This document shows positions 61,364-64,000 of a stretch of DNA of 64,000 bases, piece after piece (position 1 is the stretch's first letter; each line of letters starts with the position of its first letter). The DNA lies in the NCBI GenBank assembly GCA_016188865.1, contig JACPGX010000001.1:205197-269196 (forward strand). The letters are read 5' to 3'. A program made the translations under genes and the position numbers. Source of the DNA: Candidatus Nealsonbacteria bacterium. Its GTDB lineage: Bacteria; Patescibacteriota; Minisyncoccia; Minisyncoccales; MHMH01. The notes beneath the pieces were generated by a model. It saw only the letters and a list, made by a program, of their open reading frames with translations. It did not search any database and was not told the origin of the DNA.

Positions 61364-63316
61364 TCAATCTTCCTGAAGCTCGAGAATGTTTTTGTAAAAC
61401 TCCAGAGCTTCCGGATTAGCAATGGCATTTAAATTCTTAATGGGTTTGCCGTGAATGGCGTTCTTAACTGCTGATGCCACCTTTTTCCCGTTAAAAGTAT
61501 AGGGAATGTCGGGAACTGCAATAACTTTTGCCGGAACATGGCGCGGCGTAGCGTTTTCCCTGATTCTCAACTTAATCTTATTAACCAGCTCTTCTGTCAA
61601 CTCAATGCCTTCTTTCATTTTAACAAAAAGAATAACCCTATTATCTCCCTGCCAATCCTGACCGACAGCTATGCTATCTGAAACTTCTTGGATTGTTTCC
61701 ATCTGGCGGTAAATCTCGGCTGTGCCGATTCTCACTCCAGCCGGCTTTAGGGTATCATCCGACCTGCCGTAAATTACCATACTACCGGTTTTAGTAATTT
61801 TTGCGATATCGCCATGGCACCAAATACCGGGGTATTTCTCAAAATAGGCCTCTTGATACTTTTGATTATTTTGATCGTTCCAGAAAAAAAGAGGCGCTGA
61901 AGGAAAGGGAGCGGTGCAAACCAGCTCACCTTGCTGTTCTGCGATTGAATTTCCCTCATCATCAAAAACTTCCACTTTCATGCCCAAAGCGCGGCACTGG
62001 AGTTCGCCCGAATAAACCGGCAAAAGAGAATTTCCCAGAGCAAAACATCCGTTAAGATCAGTGCCGCCGGAAATGGAAGCCAATAAAACGTCTTTTTTGA
62101 TATCGCGATAAACATACTCAAAGCTTGCTTCAGAAAGCGGGGAACCGGTAGATAAAATAGTCTGCAAACTTTGCAAATTGTATTGCCAGCCGGGTTTTGC
62201 TCCTCTCTTTTCCAATTCGGAAAGATATTTGGCGCTTGTTCCAAAAATCGTTATTTTCAAATCTTCCGCCAGCTGAAAGAGAGCGCCCGTATCGGGATAA
62301 AACGGCGAACCGTCGAAAAGAACAATGGTTGCTCCGAGCGCCAAAGAACTGACCAGCCAATTCCACATCATCCAGCCGCAAGTGGTGTAATAAAAGATGA
62401 CATCGTCTGCTTTTACATCGGTGTGGAGCTTTAACTCTTTGAAATGATTAATTAAAACGCCCGACCCCTGAACTATGCATTTCGGCAAGCCGGTTGTGCC
62501 CGAGGTATACATAATGTAAACCGGATGGTCAAAAGTAACCTGCTCAAAAACGCATTCGGCATTTCTATCTTGGGAAATAAAATCGTAAAAATTTACAGCT
62601 GAAGGCAGTCTGCTCACATCGGAATTTTTTTCTGCGTAAGGAACGACTATTATCTTTTCTAAAGACGGCAGGTTTTTTATTATTTCTGAAACTTTTTCCA
62701 AAGAGTTGAATTTTTTGCCGTTGTAGTAATAACCATCGGCGCAAAAAAGCATTTTCGGAAAAATTTGGGAAAAACGGTCCAAAGCTCCTTTAATTCCGAA
62801 ATCCGGAGAACAGCTTGACCAAACAGCTCCGATACTGGTTGTTGCCAGCATGGCAACTACGGTTTCTGGCATGTTAGGCAAAAAGCCTGCCACTCTATCG
62901 CCCTTTTGAATCCCCGACTCCCGCATTGATTTTGCCAGCCTTGCCGTTAATCCATAAAGCTCGTTATAGTTAACCTTTCTTATTTCTTGTCCCTCGCCTT
63001 TAAAAATTAAAGCTGGTTTTTGACCGCGAAAGCATAACAGATTTTCGGCGAAATTCAATTCCGCCCCCTCAAACCATTTCACTCCCGGCATCTGATTTTC
63101 ATCGCTAACTACTCTATGATAAAGCTTCGATGACTTGATATCGCAAAAATCCCAGACAGCCGACCAAAACTCTGAAATATTTTCTATTGACCATTGATAC
63201 AGCTCTTCATAGTTATGGATTTTTTTCCCGCGAGTCTTATCTAGGAAATCCGTGAATTTGGTTAAATTAGCATTTTGTTTTCTTTTTCGGGACGGACTCC
63301 AAAGCTTTTTTGCCAT
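61364..63316 (-). CDS. Acetoacetyl-CoA synthetase (acetoacetate--CoA ligase)
   Basis: N-terminus LWSPS..FW..VWDF and AMP-binding motif YTSGTTGLPK. Length 650 aa. Confidence 0.88.
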   Translation of the reverse strand: MAKKLWSPSRKRKQNANLTKFTDFLDKTRGKKIHNYEELYQWSIENISEFWSAVWDFCDIKSSKLYHRVVSDENQMPGVKWFEGAELNFAENLLCFRGQKPALIFKGEGQEIRKVNYNELYGLTARLAKSMRESGIQKGDRVAGFLPNMPETVVAMLATTSIGAVWSSCSPDFGIKGALDRFSQIFPKMLFCADGYYYNGKKFNSLEKVSEIIKNLPSLEKIIVVPYAEKNSDVSRLPSAVNFYDFISQDRNAECVFEQVTFDHPVYIMYTSGTTGLPKCIVQGSGVLINHFKELKLHTDVKADDVIFYYTTCGWMMWNWLVSSLALGATIVLFDGSPFYPDTGALFQLAEDLKITIFGTSAKYLSELEKRGAKPGWQYNLQSLQTILSTGSPLSEASFEYVYRDIKKDVLLASISGGTDLNGCFALGNSLLPVYSGELQCRALGMKVEVFDDEGNSIAEQQGELVCTAPFPSAPLFFWNDQNNQKYQEAYFEKYPGIWCHGDIAKITKTGSMVIYGRSDDTLKPAGVRIGTAEIYRQMETIQEVSDSIAVGQDWQGDNRVILFVKMKEGIELTEELVNKIKLRIRENATPRHVPAKVIAVPDIPYTFNGKKVASAVKNAIHGKPIKNLNAIANPEALEFYKNILELQED

Positions 63317-63317
63317 T

Positions 63318-63749
63318 CTAACCTCCTTTTGGATAAGCTGCGCAAGTGCCTTTGAGAAATTCTTCGGGAGAAGCGCCTTCTTTTACGGCGCACTCCATCA
63401 AAACCCAAGCTGCAAAATCAATGACAATGGTGGCCAAATTCCTCAAATGAACGCAGCCGGTTTCGCCGCCTAAAATATCTGAAACATCTTTTAATATGCC
63501 TTTTTTAATGACCAGCCCTTTTAATCTTTTAACTTTAACTAAAACTGTCGAACAAATATCGTGGGGAACTTTTTGCATTTCAGCTTTTGCTCTTATGATT
63601 TTACGTTCTTTGGGCTCTATCTCCAAACTAATGTGAATAAGATGGAAGCCGTCTAAAAGCTCTGATTCAACCAGCAAGTTGCCATTTTTCAATCTGTAAG
63701 CCCGCGGGCTGATGGCCCTCTGGGCAATCAATTCTTTGCCATTAGTCAT
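63318..63749 (-). CDS. DUF2889-like protein
   Basis: 143 aa containing GGETGCVHLRNL. Family assignment is from memory. Confidence 0.45.
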   Translation of the reverse strand: MTNGKELIAQRAISPRAYRLKNGNLLVESELLDGFHLIHISLEIEPKERKIIRAKAEMQKVPHDICSTVLVKVKRLKGLVIKKGILKDVSDILGGETGCVHLRNLATIVIDFAAWVLMECAVKEGASPEEFLKGTCAAYPKGG

Positions 63750-63792
63750 TTCTTCCTCCTTATTTAACTGTAAAAGTTCTCACAACATTCTT

Positions 63793-63831
63793 GCATAAAA
63801 AAGCAGCTGCATCAACTATGCAACTGCTTTT
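63793..63831 (-). terminator. Terminator of the partial upstream CDS
   Basis: aaaagcagctgcat/atgcaactgctttt followed by U6. Confidence 0.7.
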
Positions 63832-63841
63832 ATTTTTTTAT

Positions 63842-64000
63842 TTAACAATTGTCTCGGCGTAAAGAACGCGGCAGACGGTCTAGCCGGGAAATGGTTTCCA
63901 ACTCCGGTTTGCTAACCCAAAGAGTTCCCTCCATAACCAGATTGGTCAAAGCCGAACCTCTTTCCAGCCAAGATAACAAAGCAGCTGGATTCTCAACCGC
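63842..64000 (-). CDS. 3' end (52 codons) of an unidentified CDS entering from the right edge
   Basis: Open frame ..LVMEGTLWVSKPELETISRLDRLPRSLRRDNC, ending at TAA 63842-44. Confidence 0.4.
   Translation of the reverse strand, partial: AVENPAALLSWLERGSALTNLVMEGTLWVSKPELETISRLDRLPRSLRRDNC

Noticed and set aside
1-64000. An alternative genetic code (UGA recoding, as in some candidate phyla).
   Set aside because: Long conserved genes are intact under the standard code. TGA is used as a genuine stop, for example at the end of the GltD-ferredoxin fusion, the HEAT protein and the 52-codon ORF.

Overview
A 64-kb AT-rich bacterial chromosome segment, tightly packed and mostly minus-strand. Gene content suggests a small-genome, CPR/Patescibacteria-like organism; this is inference only. 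The left ~44 kb is housekeeping: ftsH, htrA, iscU-iscS, an exopolysaccharide-type cluster, comEC, nrdJ, ftsZ/ftsA, rpsU, hisS, lepB, pth, mfd, topA, rel, parAB, tRNA-Leu(CAA), tsaD/tsaC, a KorAB-type 2-oxoacid:ferredoxin oxidoreductase and glmS. The right ~20 kb looks more GC-rich by eye and holds an amino-acid/acyl-CoA module: Leu/Val-type dehydrogenase, a second OFOR with a GltD-ferredoxin fusion, aminotransferase, acyl-CoA dehydrogenase, membrane FeS oxidoreductase, EtfAB, MeaB-like GTPase and acetoacetyl-CoA synthetase. The main result is a layer of GC-rich perfect hairpins. Three diverged RAYT-type Y1 transposase genes each carry a private REP hairpin at the 5' flank, at the 3' flank and in-frame inside the ORF at the homologous position. 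Related or other hairpin families lie in-frame in tsaD, mfd, comEC, topA and a PAP2 gene, and others serve as terminators fused to -35 boxes. Also present are a LAGLIDADG intein at the cluster-ligand Cys of IscU, a ~220-nt unclassified RNA with its own promoter and terminator, a structured leader upstream of a NUDIX operon, and face-to-face promoters sharing one TATATA box. Several mRNAs appear leaderless. No CRISPR array, rRNA or recognisable defence genes were seen. All calls come from reading the sequence and ORF translations; no searches were run.
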